Notes: generated from the sequence alone by a model not told the origin. A DNA stretch of 64,000 nt from Minisyncoccota bacterium (GCA_040879645.1 JBBDJY010000006.1:94240-158239); one strand, 5' to 3'. Numbered from the stretch's first letter, positions 40,466-51,087 are shown. Translations and numbers: made by a program.

Positions 40466-41878
40466 TCAATTGTTTTTATTTTGTTTTGGCGATTTGATTT
40501 GAAGGTGTAATTCGGCTAATTGCTCGGCGGTTAATTCTTTTGGTGCTTTCATCACGGCCGTGCCCCCGCCACGGGTCATCGGAAAGGCTTGAACTTCGCG
40601 CAATTCGGTCGCGCCGGTTAAATTCATCAGACTGCGATCAACGCCGACCGCGATGCCACCATGAGGCGGAACGCCGAAACTAAAGGCCTCCAGCATATGA
40701 CCGATTCGCTCGGCGGTTTCTTCCTCACTGTAACCCATCACTTTATAAGTAGCGGCCAAGATTTCCGGCCGATGGGCGCGGATACTGCCACCGGCCGATT
40801 CAAAACCGTTACAAACCAAGTCGTATTGAGTGGTTAAAATCTTTTCAATATTTTCGCCTTTAAGCAACCAGTCCAAATGTTCGGTCTTGGGCATCGAAAA
40901 GGGATTGTGGGTAAAAGTCCACTTGCCATTATCGGTTTTTTCAAAAAAAGGAAAATCAATCACCCAGGCATAGGCCAAAATACCGGCTTCTTTATCTTCT
41001 TTTGTCCGCAGATCAAATTTATCCGCTCCATATTTAGCCATTGATTCGGCATAAGTAAGGCGTGGGAAGGGTTTTTCTTTAATGATGAGACCCATCTTTT
41101 CAACGGCGGTGGTAATCATCTCTTCAACTGTTTGCAAAACATCTTCTTGGTTGACAAAAGACATTTCCAAGTCAATTTGCGTATGTTCAAAACCCCGATC
41201 GGCTCGTAAGTCTTCGTCACGAATCGCCCGGGCCAGTTGGAAATAGCGTTCAAATCCCCCGGCCATTAAAAGTTGTTTGTATTGTTGAGGTGATTGAGGC
41301 AGAGCATAAAATTTTCCCGGTTGCAGGCGGGACGGGACGACAAAATCCCGTGAACCTTCCGGTGTTGATTCGGTTAAAAGCGGAGTTTCAATCTCAACGA
41401 AGTCATTGGCGTAAAGGTAATCACGGCAATAACGGACAAAATCACTGCGCCGACGGATATTTTTTTGCATCCGGTCGGTGCGTAAATCCAAATAGCGGTA
41501 CTTTAAGCGAACGGCTTCATCAATATTTGCACTATCGGCATCAACGGCAAAAGGTGGGGTCTTGGATTGGTTTAAAACCGAAATAGCGGTAATCTCTAAT
41601 TCCAAATTACCGTTTAATTCGTCGGCTTTAACCATCTTTTCCGGTCGCTTATTAACTTGTCCGGTTATTTCCACCACCCACTCGGAACGTAATTCGCTTG
41701 CCGCTTCGTGGGCCTCGCTATGATTCGGTAAAGCGACCATCTGTACTCGGCCGCTTTCGTCGCGTAAGTCAAGAAAAATCAACTTGCCGTGATCTCGCCG
41801 GCCGTGAATAAAGCCGGCCACTTTTACTTCGTTGCCGATCTGATTTTCCAATTCACTGATTTTTATTCGTTTGGACAT
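40466..41878 (-). CDS. aspS: Aspartyl-tRNA synthetase (short form, lacking GAD domain)
   Basis: RLKYRYLDLR, STPEGSRDF, LPQSPQ, RDEDLRADR, PPHGG. Confidence 0.95.
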   Translation of the reverse strand: MSKRIKISELENQIGNEVKVAGFIHGRRDHGKLIFLDLRDESGRVQMVALPNHSEAHEAASELRSEWVVEITGQVNKRPEKMVKADELNGNLELEITAISVLNQSKTPPFAVDADSANIDEAVRLKYRYLDLRTDRMQKNIRRRSDFVRYCRDYLYANDFVEIETPLLTESTPEGSRDFVVPSRLQPGKFYALPQSPQQYKQLLMAGGFERYFQLARAIRDEDLRADRGFEHTQIDLEMSFVNQEDVLQTVEEMITTAVEKMGLIIKEKPFPRLTYAESMAKYGADKFDLRTKEDKEAGILAYAWVIDFPFFEKTDNGKWTFTHNPFSMPKTEHLDWLLKGENIEKILTTQYDLVCNGFESAGGSIRAHRPEILAATYKVMGYSEEETAERIGHMLEAFSFGVPPHGGIAVGVDRSLMNLTGATELREVQAFPMTRGGGTAVMKAPKELTAEQLAELHLQIKSPKQNKNN

Positions 41879-41966
41879 AGGTAATTGTTTTTTTATCACT
41901 CAATCCTACCATGTCGGCCCTGAGCCGGCAACGGCAGTAAAAAGCCACCGACAATGCCGGTGGCTC

Positions 41967-42215
41967 CTAGTGTGGCCGCAGTTCGTAAAAATCAGCAGCT
42001 GAATCGTGGTAAGTGGTTGCCGTCTCGTCTTTGGATCCCCGACCATTTGCCGATCGGTAATAACTTTGGCCGGCAAAACAAACGAGCTCCAATTCAACGT
42101 CAAAACGTCGGCAGTGTAAGCGGATATGTCCGTTGGTGGCGGAGACAACCACACACTGGTCAATAAGAATTTGGCGTTTGGTCAGATAAACATCCTGACC
42201 GACTTTGAGGATCAT
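41967..42215 (-). CDS. Small hypothetical protein
   Basis: Strong SD GAAAGGAGGT before MILKVGQ. Confidence 0.55.
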   Translation of the reverse strand: MILKVGQDVYLTKRQILIDQCVVVSATNGHIRLHCRRFDVELELVCFAGQSYYRSANGRGSKDETATTYHDSAADFYELRPH

Positions 42216-42293
42216 CAGACCTCCTTTCTCCCCCACTCAATGTCTTCAGTTAATTTACTACCAACCTCTTAATTAGGCAAGGGCGGTTTTATT

Positions 42294-44078
42294 TTATTGA
42301 TGCAAACCGATTTGCAATTCGTAAAGCTGACGATATTTTCCCCCAGCTAGTTTCATTAATTCTTCATGACTTCCCCGCTCGGTAATGCGGCCCTCATCAA
42401 AAACCAAGATCAAATCGGCTTTGCGGACGGTGGAAATCCGGTGAGCGATAATAAAAGTCGTCCGATCCTTCATTAACTTATTCAATGACTTTTGAATAAT
42501 TTCTTCCGAGCGAGCGTCCAGGGCGGAAGTCGGCTCGTCAAGAATAAGGATTTTTGGTCGACGCAAAACCGCTCGGGCGATGGCCACCCTTTGTTTTTGA
42601 CCGACCGAGAGCTTAACTCCCCTTTCGCCGACCAATTGTTTCCATTTTTTCGGGAATTTTTCGATAAAAGTTAAGGCATGGGCCTCTTTAGCCGATTGTT
42701 CAATTTCAGCAAAAGAGGCATTTGGATTGCCATAAGCAATGTTACTTTTAATCGTATCGTTAAACAAAGTTACTTCTTGGGGGACAATACCCAAATGCGA
42801 TCGCAAAATTTTAAGCGGTAGTCGTTTTATATTATGACCATCAATTAAAACCTGACCTTTTTGGGCAAAGTAATAGCCGGACAAAAGATCAATCAAAGTG
42901 CTTTTGCCCACACCCGATTCCCCGACCAGCGCCACCACTTGGCCGGCTTGAACGGAAAAAGATATGCCTTCCAAAACCGGCTTGCCGGCTTCATAGCGAA
43001 AAAAGACATTCTTAAATTCTACATCTCCACGAATATCGTTAATTTTAAGAGCATTTTTTGGTTGATAAGTTTCCGAACGGGTATTTAAAATTTTTTCTAC
43101 GGCCGAGATGTCTAAAATGCCGGTCTGAATCATTCGCCACATCTGCATCAAACTGGTAAAAGGGGCAAAGAGCATCGCCAAATAACTATTGAAGGCAATC
43201 AATTCACCAATGGTCATACTGCCGGCCAAAACTAAACGAATAGACCAAGCAAAAACAATGACCTGCAAAACAATAACGACTAGACCCCGAACCAAGTCTA
43301 AGGACTGCCAAATTTTGTCCATAACAAACCAATGAGGAAAAATATTTTGCACGAAGCGTTTGTTAATCTTTTTTTGTTCGGTATCTTCCGTTACCGCTTG
43401 CTTGACAGTTTGGGCATTATTGATGACATCGTAAGTATCACCATAAGATTGCCCCCAACCCTTAATCAATTTTTTCTGCCAATCAGCACTGTCGCGAATA
43501 AAGAGCCAAGCGATAGAAACATAAAAGAGAACCATTCCGGTGGCGATTAAAGCCAAAATCGGATTAATGCTGATCAAAAAAGAGATAGCGACAAATATTG
43601 TCAAAAATTGCGGGCCCAAACTACCAAGAACGCGGTCACTGATCAATTCAAAACCACCGCCGGCATTGGAAATTTTAGAATGAACTTCGCCGATCTTGCG
43701 CTTTTTGTGAAAAGACAGAGGTAATTCAAGCAACTTGGCATAGCTCTTACTCTGATAGTCAAAACGGGCGTGGAAAGAAATAACTGAACGCAATAAGGTC
43801 AAGCGATATTCAATGGCCATAACCACCAATTGGATGATGACTAAAATAAGGATAAAGACGACATAAGTCGGAATAGCCCGACCGGTGATATTGATCGTCT
43901 CGGGGGTAATGATAGTGTCAAATAACCGACCGGTGATATAGGGTACGGCCCCGTTGCCAATCGCCGAAATAATACCAAATATCAAAACTAAAATTGCCGA
44001 ACGCCGGTGTTGCGCCAAAAAGTCTATGATGACGGCCGTTGCTGTCCGCCAATGGCTAAATTTTACTTTACTGGCCAT
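42294..44078 (-). CDS. ABC exporter, fused permease/ATPase (MsbA/MdlB-like)
   Basis: 6 TM plus GESGVGKS, LSVGQKQR, ILDEPTS. Confidence 0.94.
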   Translation of the reverse strand: MASKVKFSHWRTATAVIIDFLAQHRRSAILVLIFGIISAIGNGAVPYITGRLFDTIITPETINITGRAIPTYVVFILILVIIQLVVMAIEYRLTLLRSVISFHARFDYQSKSYAKLLELPLSFHKKRKIGEVHSKISNAGGGFELISDRVLGSLGPQFLTIFVAISFLISINPILALIATGMVLFYVSIAWLFIRDSADWQKKLIKGWGQSYGDTYDVINNAQTVKQAVTEDTEQKKINKRFVQNIFPHWFVMDKIWQSLDLVRGLVVIVLQVIVFAWSIRLVLAGSMTIGELIAFNSYLAMLFAPFTSLMQMWRMIQTGILDISAVEKILNTRSETYQPKNALKINDIRGDVEFKNVFFRYEAGKPVLEGISFSVQAGQVVALVGESGVGKSTLIDLLSGYYFAQKGQVLIDGHNIKRLPLKILRSHLGIVPQEVTLFNDTIKSNIAYGNPNASFAEIEQSAKEAHALTFIEKFPKKWKQLVGERGVKLSVGQKQRVAIARAVLRRPKILILDEPTSALDARSEEIIQKSLNKLMKDRTTFIIAHRISTVRKADLILVFDEGRITERGSHEELMKLAGGKYRQLYELQIGLHQ

Positions 44079-44117
44079 AAGGCAGTAAGATAAAGAAGAA
44101 GATTACTTGTTAATTGG

Positions 44118-45098
44118 TTAAAGTGTCAGACCGACTCTTTCTTTAACCGTCATCATTTTAAGGCGAGCCCGATCGCCGGCCACCTCGGCACCGTTCTTTA
44201 GGATTTGGATAGCAGTGGTGGCATCATTTGTAATATCAGCTCGCTTTTCGCGAAGAGGTGCCAAATATTTATTCATATTCTCAATTAATATCTCTTTTGA
44301 TTCTTTGTAGCCCAGACCACCTTGTTCATAGCGTTTTCGGATATCAGCCAAATCATCGGTGGAAAACAATTTGTGCAAAGCAAAGACAGCATCGGTATTC
44401 GGGTCTTTCGGTTCAGTGGTTTCTTTGGAATCGGTGACGATTTTCATTACCGCTTGGCGAATGTCATCTTCACCGGCAAATAGCGGAATGGTATTGTTGT
44501 AACTCTTACTCATCTTTCGGCCATCGATACCGGTAATTGTTTCCACTTCGGACATTAAGTATTCTTCTGGTCGTCGGAAAGTCTCACCAAAGATGCGATT
44601 GAATTTCTCGGCCGTATCCCGGGCGTATTCCACATGTTGTTTTTGATCTTGGCCGACCGGGACGATATCGGTATCGTAAAGCAAGATATCGGCCGCCATC
44701 AGCATCGGATAGTCAAAAGTCCCGACATTAATCTCTTTATTTTTGGCCGCCGCGTCTTTATAGGCATGGGCGCGCATTAGATAAGGCATAGTGGTCAGAC
44801 AATTAAAGATCCAAGCCAATTCGGTGTGAGCCGGCACGTCCGATTGACGAAAAAGCGTCACCTTACTCGGGTCAAGACCGATAGCCAAATAGTCAAAGAC
44901 TAAATCCAAAATATCGGCCCGCAAAGCCGACGGATCGTGGACGGTGGTCAAAGCGTGCAGGTCGGCCACCATAATCAGGGTATCGTAATCTTCTTGCATA
45001 TCAACAAATTGCTTCATCGCCCCGAAATAATTGCCAATATGCGGACGCCCCGTCGGCTTAACCCCGGATAATAAGATTTTTTTACGATTGCTTGTCAT
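44118..45098 (-). CDS. trpS: Tryptophanyl-tRNA synthetase
   Basis: SGVKPTG, HIGN, YPMLMAADIL, VGQDQ, KMSKS. Confidence 0.97.
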   Translation of the reverse strand: MTSNRKKILLSGVKPTGRPHIGNYFGAMKQFVDMQEDYDTLIMVADLHALTTVHDPSALRADILDLVFDYLAIGLDPSKVTLFRQSDVPAHTELAWIFNCLTTMPYLMRAHAYKDAAAKNKEINVGTFDYPMLMAADILLYDTDIVPVGQDQKQHVEYARDTAEKFNRIFGETFRRPEEYLMSEVETITGIDGRKMSKSYNNTIPLFAGEDDIRQAVMKIVTDSKETTEPKDPNTDAVFALHKLFSTDDLADIRKRYEQGGLGYKESKEILIENMNKYLAPLREKRADITNDATTAIQILKNGAEVAGDRARLKMMTVKERVGLTL

Positions 45099-45136
45099 AG
45101 ATTTTGATTTTACCACTGATTCAGGCAAGTTTCAAT

Positions 45137-45385
45137 TTAATCAAGCCGGCGATAAGTTTTTTCGTTTCTTATTCCAATCTCTCTAATTAGATTTAGGCCT
45201 TTTGACTTTTCAAAGACTAAGCGATATTTGCCGATTCGAACTCGGTAAAGACTTTTAGCACCAGCCAGTTTCTTTACCGCCAATAACTTTAGGTCGTTGA
45301 TTTCAATCAGAAAGACAATTGCCTTGATCTGCTCTCGATCTCTAGGGCTCTTTTTTTGGAACAGCTTTTCGATTTTATCCATCAA
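45137..45385 (-). CDS. RelE/ParE-family toxin
   Basis: KKLAG..LYRVRIGKYRLVF...R..TY. Confidence 0.8.
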   Translation of the reverse strand: MMDKIEKLFQKKSPRDREQIKAIVFLIEINDLKLLAVKKLAGAKSLYRVRIGKYRLVFEKSKGLNLIREIGIRNEKTYRRLD

Positions 45386-45617
45386 TCTTTTTTATAATCC
45401 TCAAGAGGTCTTTGGCTGGTAGTCCCCGACCTTGATTATCGCGCTCGGCCGAAAAGACAATCGTCTCCTCCAGTTGATCAATGTCCACCGGCCTGATTGT
45501 TAGGCTATCATCTTGCCACTTGAGGGCGAAATGAGAGGTCTTGAATTTTCCTCGCCAAGCCTTCGGCAAAGTGATTTGGCCTTTACTGGTCGTCTTTTGA
45601 ATACTTTTATTAACCAT
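45375..45617 (-). CDS. AbrB/MazE-family antitoxin
   Basis: TSKGQITLPKAWR; overlaps the toxin start. Confidence 0.82.
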   Translation of the reverse strand: MVNKSIQKTTSKGQITLPKAWRGKFKTSHFALKWQDDSLTIRPVDIDQLEETIVFSAERDNQGRGLPAKDLLRIIKKIDG

Positions 45618-45849
45618 GGTTTTTTATCATAAATTAAGTAATTCCTACTTTCTTACTAGTGTAGTGAAAATGTAAGAATAAGTCAAATTTCTAAACTGGT
45701 TACAGAGGTAAATTCCTTATTTCATTTTCTTCGCTTAGCTAGTCAAATAATTTTTGATTCATTGACATTTATAATATCTTTAACCATACTAAAAACAGGT
45801 AAACGGTGCTGATTGTCGGCACCTTGTCAAAAAAAGGAGGAATTGGGTC

Positions 45850-46737
45850 ATGAAGATCCACTCTGTTGGAATCGGGCTTATGCTCGTTGTTTTGCTCTTG
45901 GCCTACTCGGCCGAGGCGCAACGCAATCGCAACAAACTGCTGGGTGACGGTCGGGAGGTGGCCGCTCAGACTGGGGCCAACCCCCAGTCACAAGTGGAGC
46001 TCATCTCCATCCCCGCGGACCCGTCGAAACCGACCTTCTACGTCACCGTGGAAGAGCCGTTTGTGATGGCGGCCCAAGACATCACTTCCGGCGGTGGCAT
46101 CACGCCTGGCGCGCCGGAACAGTCTTACTTCATCTCCAACTGGTTAATCGCCACTCAGATGCACCATCCTCAAGCGATTAGCCCATCGGCCCCACTGAGC
46201 GAAAAGCTGGGTTATGGCATGGCCGCCCAGCTCACCAGTGTCTTGACCCGGATCGGCAATCTGGCCGTGATTGATTACCCCACTTATCGCGATAATCCGG
46301 GTCGTTATCCTGAGATTTTCGTCATTCGGGGTACAGTCACCGAGTTCACCGAGACCGATGGTCTGGATGAACAGAAGAAGGGTTTCGATACCAAAATCGC
46401 TGGCCGGGTACTCTCGATTATTGGCGGCGGACGCGGATTGGGCCAGGCTGGCAATCTCATCTCCAGCGCTAATGTTGGCCAGAAGAAGATCATCACCAAC
46501 CGAACCGGTGTGGTCGGCTTGGATATCCAGCTAATTCAAACGGCGACCGGCCGGGTGATGCGCTCGACCCCTTGCCAGGGAACCTTCACCACCCAAAGCG
46601 CCACGGAGATCCAACATGGTTTAGGCTTCAGCGAAAGCCAGTCCGAATACCAAGCTTCGGCTTTAAACCAAGCCAGTCGGGCGGCTTTGAACCAAGCCGC
46701 GACCGAAATTTGGCAAGCTCTGGCAACCACGCGATGA
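45850..46737 (+). CDS. CsgG/HfaB-like exported protein
   Basis: Signal peptide; GMAAQLTSVL, IRGTVTEF, VGLDIQLIQTATGRV; GC-rich. Confidence 0.65.
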   Translation: MKIHSVGIGLMLVVLLLAYSAEAQRNRNKLLGDGREVAAQTGANPQSQVELISIPADPSKPTFYVTVEEPFVMAAQDITSGGGITPGAPEQSYFISNWLIATQMHHPQAISPSAPLSEKLGYGMAAQLTSVLTRIGNLAVIDYPTYRDNPGRYPEIFVIRGTVTEFTETDGLDEQKKGFDTKIAGRVLSIIGGGRGLGQAGNLISSANVGQKKIITNRTGVVGLDIQLIQTATGRVMRSTPCQGTFTTQSATEIQHGLGFSESQSEYQASALNQASRAALNQAATEIWQALATTR

Positions 46738-46874
46738 CCAATCCTCCATTTCTTGACTGTTCGTTAATTCCCGTTCAATCTCTTAGGATTTGGACGGGAA
46801 TTTTTCTGTAAATAAAAAAACAAACCTGTTCCATTCGCTAAAAGGAATGGAACAGGTCTTTGGAGACAAGATAG

Positions 46875-47258
46875 TCAATTGACCAAAGCGGTCTCTGGCG
46901 TTGACAATTCGTCTGACAATTCGAGACTCTTCGCGTCGAAGATGGTCCACTCCCTAGTGGTCCCGGCTTCGAGATAAACGTCGAAACGGGCGCTCCAGTC
47001 GCCAGTGAAAGACACCACCCGGAGGTCATACCAACCCGGCGGCAATCCGCGGACATCGTAGTAGGAGTTTGGCGCTAGCGTCGCCGGTAACCGATTTGTG
47101 CCCCAAGTCGTGGAAGAAGAAGAGACGACGTTGACCTCTACGAGGTAATGCGAGCTGATGTTTTTGACCCGGAGGGTCGCCGTATAGGGATCTAGTGGAC
47201 AACCGGAGAGACCAACCAGACAGAGAACAATCACCACTAAAAACAAGTATCGAGACAT
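46875..47258 (-). CDS. Putative lipoprotein
   Basis: LSGC lipobox; W-G-x-N-x-L, LxPGxYDLRV; SD GAAAGGAGGTGA. Confidence 0.7.
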   Translation of the reverse strand: MSRYLFLVVIVLCLVGLSGCPLDPYTATLRVKNISSHYLVEVNVVSSSSTTWGTNRLPATLAPNSYYDVRGLPPGWYDLRVVSFTGDWSARFDVYLEAGTTREWTIFDAKSLELSDELSTPETALVN

Positions 47259-47366
47259 CAGATTCACCTCCTTTCGAAGACCAAGTTTTCTCCGGAATCT
47301 GCTCCGGAAGATTATCTACCCGAAGTGTGCTCTGGTGTCGATTTATTGTCAATGGGTAGATAAATT

Positions 47367-48149
47367 TCATTTTATTAAATCATTCCAGAAACTAAGGCGA
47401 TTCTCTTCATAACCATTTTTCCACGAAAGGGGAATAATAAAATCTTTCTCCCATTCCCGATAATCGCCGAAAAAAGTTTTTGCAAATAGGTCTTGATAGT
47501 GCTTCATCTTCTCCTCAAGATTGGAGCTTTGGATATATTTTTGAAAAATTGAGAGAAATTCCGGATCATTTTGCTCAAAATATCTTACGGCCATCTTCTC
47601 ACCCCGCCATGGGATATCGCGGAAAGCGAAGTAGGCAGTAGTAAGTTCCATCACACTGTAAAGTAGACGGAACTCCAGGGCTTTATGGTAGAGCGAATCA
47701 GGGGCCTGATAATAACGAGAATTGGCGATAAAGTTATAATTTATTTTAAGCCAAAAATTTGTTTTCTCGGTTTTCAGAATATTTTGAGAAAGAGGGTTTT
47801 GAACGATCTTGTTTCTAAACATCGTCAATAGGTTGTCGGGATCATATTCAATCTTCCCTTTCATTAACCACTCGGCAAACATTCCCTCAAAATCATTCGC
47901 GGAGACTTCTTGCTTGGTCTGTAATTTATGGATGAAATCAACGTCAAAGAAAAAAATATCAGCAAACCGACCCTCAACCGTGGTATAAACAGACTTGAGA
48001 TCTTCATCATTTTTGTCCAACAAAACAATCAGATCAATGTCGCTTGAAGGATTAAGTTGCGAGGCGGTGGTGCCGGTAGTAAATATACCTCTTACTCGCG
48101 ATGAGGATTTTAATTTCTCCACTAATTTTGTCAGTGATGGATATTTCAT
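47367..48149 (-). CDS. Nucleotidyltransferase (Pol-beta-like) domain protein
   Basis: GT...SDIDLIV motif. Confidence 0.8.
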   Translation of the reverse strand: MKYPSLTKLVEKLKSSSRVRGIFTTGTTASQLNPSSDIDLIVLLDKNDEDLKSVYTTVEGRFADIFFFDVDFIHKLQTKQEVSANDFEGMFAEWLMKGKIEYDPDNLLTMFRNKIVQNPLSQNILKTEKTNFWLKINYNFIANSRYYQAPDSLYHKALEFRLLYSVMELTTAYFAFRDIPWRGEKMAVRYFEQNDPEFLSIFQKYIQSSNLEEKMKHYQDLFAKTFFGDYREWEKDFIIPLSWKNGYEENRLSFWNDLIK

Positions 48150-48153
48150 AAAA

Positions 48154-48624
48154 TTACAATTTTTTACTCATTCCGATGATAATTTCGCCCTCATCTCCTT
48201 CCTCGCGCATAAACTCCTTGTATCCCAGTCTTTCGTACAGTTTGACCGCATTGATATTTGTTTCTTCAACCCCTAGAGTCACCTCTTTAAATTTGCGAGC
48301 CCGCGCCTCATCAGTGATAATTTTTACCAAATAAGAACCGATCCCTATCCCCCTTGATTCTTGTCGAACTCTAGCGTGATGCAGGTGCGCTTTGGCCTTC
48401 CCATCAGCATAAAACGTCTTGTCCATTCTGAAAACTAATTGAATTGTTCCGACAATCTTTCCCTTCAATCTGGCGCCATAAATGATTCTGTTTCCGACCG
48501 CCGCGTCTCCGATGTCTTTTTTGATGTCGGTTTTTATTTTAATTTTACGATTAGAATCCGCTTCCGGATAGAGTGAAATTATATCCTCCGAGTTGGTTAT
48601 TGTGAAAATCTCCAGATCTTTCAT
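48154..48624 (-). CDS. GNAT acetyltransferase
   Basis: RGIGIGS, LGVEETN..AVKLYERLGY. Confidence 0.88.
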   Translation of the reverse strand: MKDLEIFTITNSEDIISLYPEADSNRKIKIKTDIKKDIGDAAVGNRIIYGARLKGKIVGTIQLVFRMDKTFYADGKAKAHLHHARVRQESRGIGIGSYLVKIITDEARARKFKEVTLGVEETNINAVKLYERLGYKEFMREEGDEGEIIIGMSKKL

Positions 48625-48716
48625 CTTACTTATAACCATAGCAAATGTTATAACGCTAAACAAATCAGGTTTCGATGCCCGCACTTTTCTTGTAGAGATA
48701 GAGAATGCCAGTATTT

Positions 48717-50390
48717 TCAGGCGTTGTTTTTAGGCACGTTTTTAGGTTTGTTCGTAAAGGCGGAATAATCAGCCACGCGAGTCAGTGACCCTTCGGCCAA
48801 GATGTAAGTGGAGTCAAGTTTAGCCCGCTCGAGAAAGTAGCGGTCATGTGAGACAAGAATGACCGTTCCGGTGTAAGTTGACAGGGTCTTTTCCAAGGCA
48901 AAAAGGGCAGCCAAGTCCAGGTGATTGGTCGGTTCATCAAGAATTAATGTATTCACCGACCGAGCGGAGAAGATGGCCAGAAGCAGGCGAGCTCGCTCGC
49001 CGGGACTTAGAGTCCCAACCAATTGCTTGACGCGGCTTTTATCAAAGCCAAACTTGGCCAGTTTGGCATAGGACTCTTGGCGACCCAATTTCGCTTGCTT
49101 CATCACACACTCAAGTAATGACAAATCTCGAGGCAAAGTTTCGTGTTCTTGCATCAAATTACCAACTTTAACGCCGGAACCGAGCTTGACCTCGCCGGCC
49201 AGCGGTGGCAGTTTGCCGGTAATTGTCTTGAGTAGAGTTGACTTGCCCGAACCGTTCAAACCAATGATTCCCAGACGATTGCCGTAGGAAATGTCCAAAG
49301 ATAACGGACCAACACGAAAGCCATCAGGGTAACCGGCAACCACGTCACTCAAAGACAAATGGCGCCGACCGGGGCCGGTTTTTGCCTCAAGCGGAATGGC
49401 AAAATCATCGGACTCAAACGGCTTTTCAATTTTCTCCATCTGGCCAATCCGCTTCTCAATCACTTTGGCGGCCCGGGCCGATTGTCCGGCCCGTTCACGC
49501 TTGAAACCCTTGAGCAGCTTGTCTCCATCGCTCCCCTGCCAGTGTGACCCTTTTTCTGATGATTGGCGTTTTTTCCTAGCGGTTTCGGTTAGGCGCTTAA
49601 CCTCTTTTTGCTGGAGGGTGTATTCGGTCTCTTGCCTGGCATTTTCTTTGGCCAATCTGGCCAAATAATCGCTGTAGGTACCACCAGAGACAATCAGGGT
49701 TTGCTGGCGAGAGTCTAGCCGGAAAATCTTTTTGGTCGTCCGGTCAAGAAATTGCCGATCATGAGAGACGACAATGCAAGTCGCCGAAATTTGCCGGATG
49801 AATTCCTCAAGCCAAATGAGAGCTGGTAAATCAAGATTATTGGTTGGTTCGTCAAGTAGAAGTAAATCAACCCCCCGGAGAAGAACTCCGGCCAAGGCCA
49901 CTTTGCTCTTCTGTCCGCTACTCAAGGCCGTCAACGGCTTATCAATATCGTCCTCGGTTAAACCAAATCCGGAAATGATTGCCTTCAACCTGAAGGTAAA
50001 AGTATAACCATCTAAACGCAAGTACTCTTCGTGTAGCTGATTATACTTTTGGGCCTGATCGGGTTGGTGAAGATCTGGCGACAAGTTCTCCAGTTCCTTT
50101 TCAATCTTGTCGATGCCGAGTAAAGCTCGAAGATGCTCGCCGACCGTTTCCTCTCCGGTCAAGCTCGTGTCTTGGGGCAAATAGCCGAGGCGAAGATCTT
50201 TCGCCAGCTTAATTTCACCACCATCAAGTTCTTCCAGACCGGCAATGATTTTAAGCAAAGTGGTCTTGCCGGACCCATTGTCTCCGACTAGGGCCACCTT
50301 GTCCCCTTCTTCCACCAAGAAAGAAACATCAGCCAACAAAGTCAGTGAGCCGTAGTTCTTGTGGATGTTTTTAGCTTGAATCATGCTCAT
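48717..50390 (-). CDS. ABC-F family ATPase
   Basis: Two ABC domains (GDNGSGKT, GLNGSGKS, LDEPTN twice), no TM. Confidence 0.92.
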   Translation of the reverse strand: MSMIQAKNIHKNYGSLTLLADVSFLVEEGDKVALVGDNGSGKTTLLKIIAGLEELDGGEIKLAKDLRLGYLPQDTSLTGEETVGEHLRALLGIDKIEKELENLSPDLHQPDQAQKYNQLHEEYLRLDGYTFTFRLKAIISGFGLTEDDIDKPLTALSSGQKSKVALAGVLLRGVDLLLLDEPTNNLDLPALIWLEEFIRQISATCIVVSHDRQFLDRTTKKIFRLDSRQQTLIVSGGTYSDYLARLAKENARQETEYTLQQKEVKRLTETARKKRQSSEKGSHWQGSDGDKLLKGFKRERAGQSARAAKVIEKRIGQMEKIEKPFESDDFAIPLEAKTGPGRRHLSLSDVVAGYPDGFRVGPLSLDISYGNRLGIIGLNGSGKSTLLKTITGKLPPLAGEVKLGSGVKVGNLMQEHETLPRDLSLLECVMKQAKLGRQESYAKLAKFGFDKSRVKQLVGTLSPGERARLLLAIFSARSVNTLILDEPTNHLDLAALFALEKTLSTYTGTVILVSHDRYFLERAKLDSTYILAEGSLTRVADYSAFTNKPKNVPKNNA

Positions 50391-51031
50391 ATCTCCTTCC
50401 ACTTAACCGCAATAAGATTATTATCTTCTTTCCAAGGCTTAGACATTGCTTTGATAAAAGTTTTTCGACCAACTTTCCGATTTTTAATTGGTGGCAATCC
50501 CGGATCATGGAAAGTAATATTATTATCTTCTATTGCCGTGATTAGAACCAAATGACTGGCATATCCTTTCTTTCTTTCCAAAACGTAAGGGTTAATTGAT
50601 ATCATAACCAAAAAGCCGTCATAGAAATACCTCTCAATATCACTGATAGAAATTTTTTTATTTATTAATTTAATTAAGGGATTCTTGATCAATTTCCGGG
50701 CTTGTATCTGTTCATTATCTAAATCAGAATATTTTTCTTGAACTTCAAAAACCTCTTTGCTCCAAATTTGGGCTAAATATTTTTTTCCTTGGCGAACAAA
50801 CTTTTTATAGTCGAGATTTTCAATATTAACCACCTCAAATCCCAGATTGGCTAAATATAGTAATCCTTGACTCTGCCAAGTCCATTGTTTCGGCTTATGA
50901 CCAATCAGGGGATCTAATATGTGATAGGGATAATTTTTATTCGGCAAATAATATTTTAAAACCATCCGCCAGCAAGCTGGCAAGCAACGAGTGTCATCTT
51001 TAGTATTTTTGTAAAAAGGAATATTAAGCAT
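50387..51031 (-). CDS. Peptidase C39-like family protein
   Basis: LNIPFY..C.PAC.RMVL, H-LVL, HDPG. Confidence 0.8.
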   Translation of the reverse strand: MLNIPFYKNTKDDTRCLPACWRMVLKYYLPNKNYPYHILDPLIGHKPKQWTWQSQGLLYLANLGFEVVNIENLDYKKFVRQGKKYLAQIWSKEVFEVQEKYSDLDNEQIQARKLIKNPLIKLINKKISISDIERYFYDGFLVMISINPYVLERKKGYASHLVLITAIEDNNITFHDPGLPPIKNRKVGRKTFIKAMSKPWKEDNNLIAVKWKEI

Positions 51032-51063
51032 AATTTTTATTAGGATAACACATAAATAAAATA

Positions 51064-51087
51064 GGCGGCAGGTCATGACCTGCCGCC
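51064..51087 (-). terminator. Terminator after the Gly-rich peptide
   Basis: Perfect palindrome GGCGGCAGGTCATGACCTGCCGCC followed by a U-rich tract. Confidence 0.75.
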
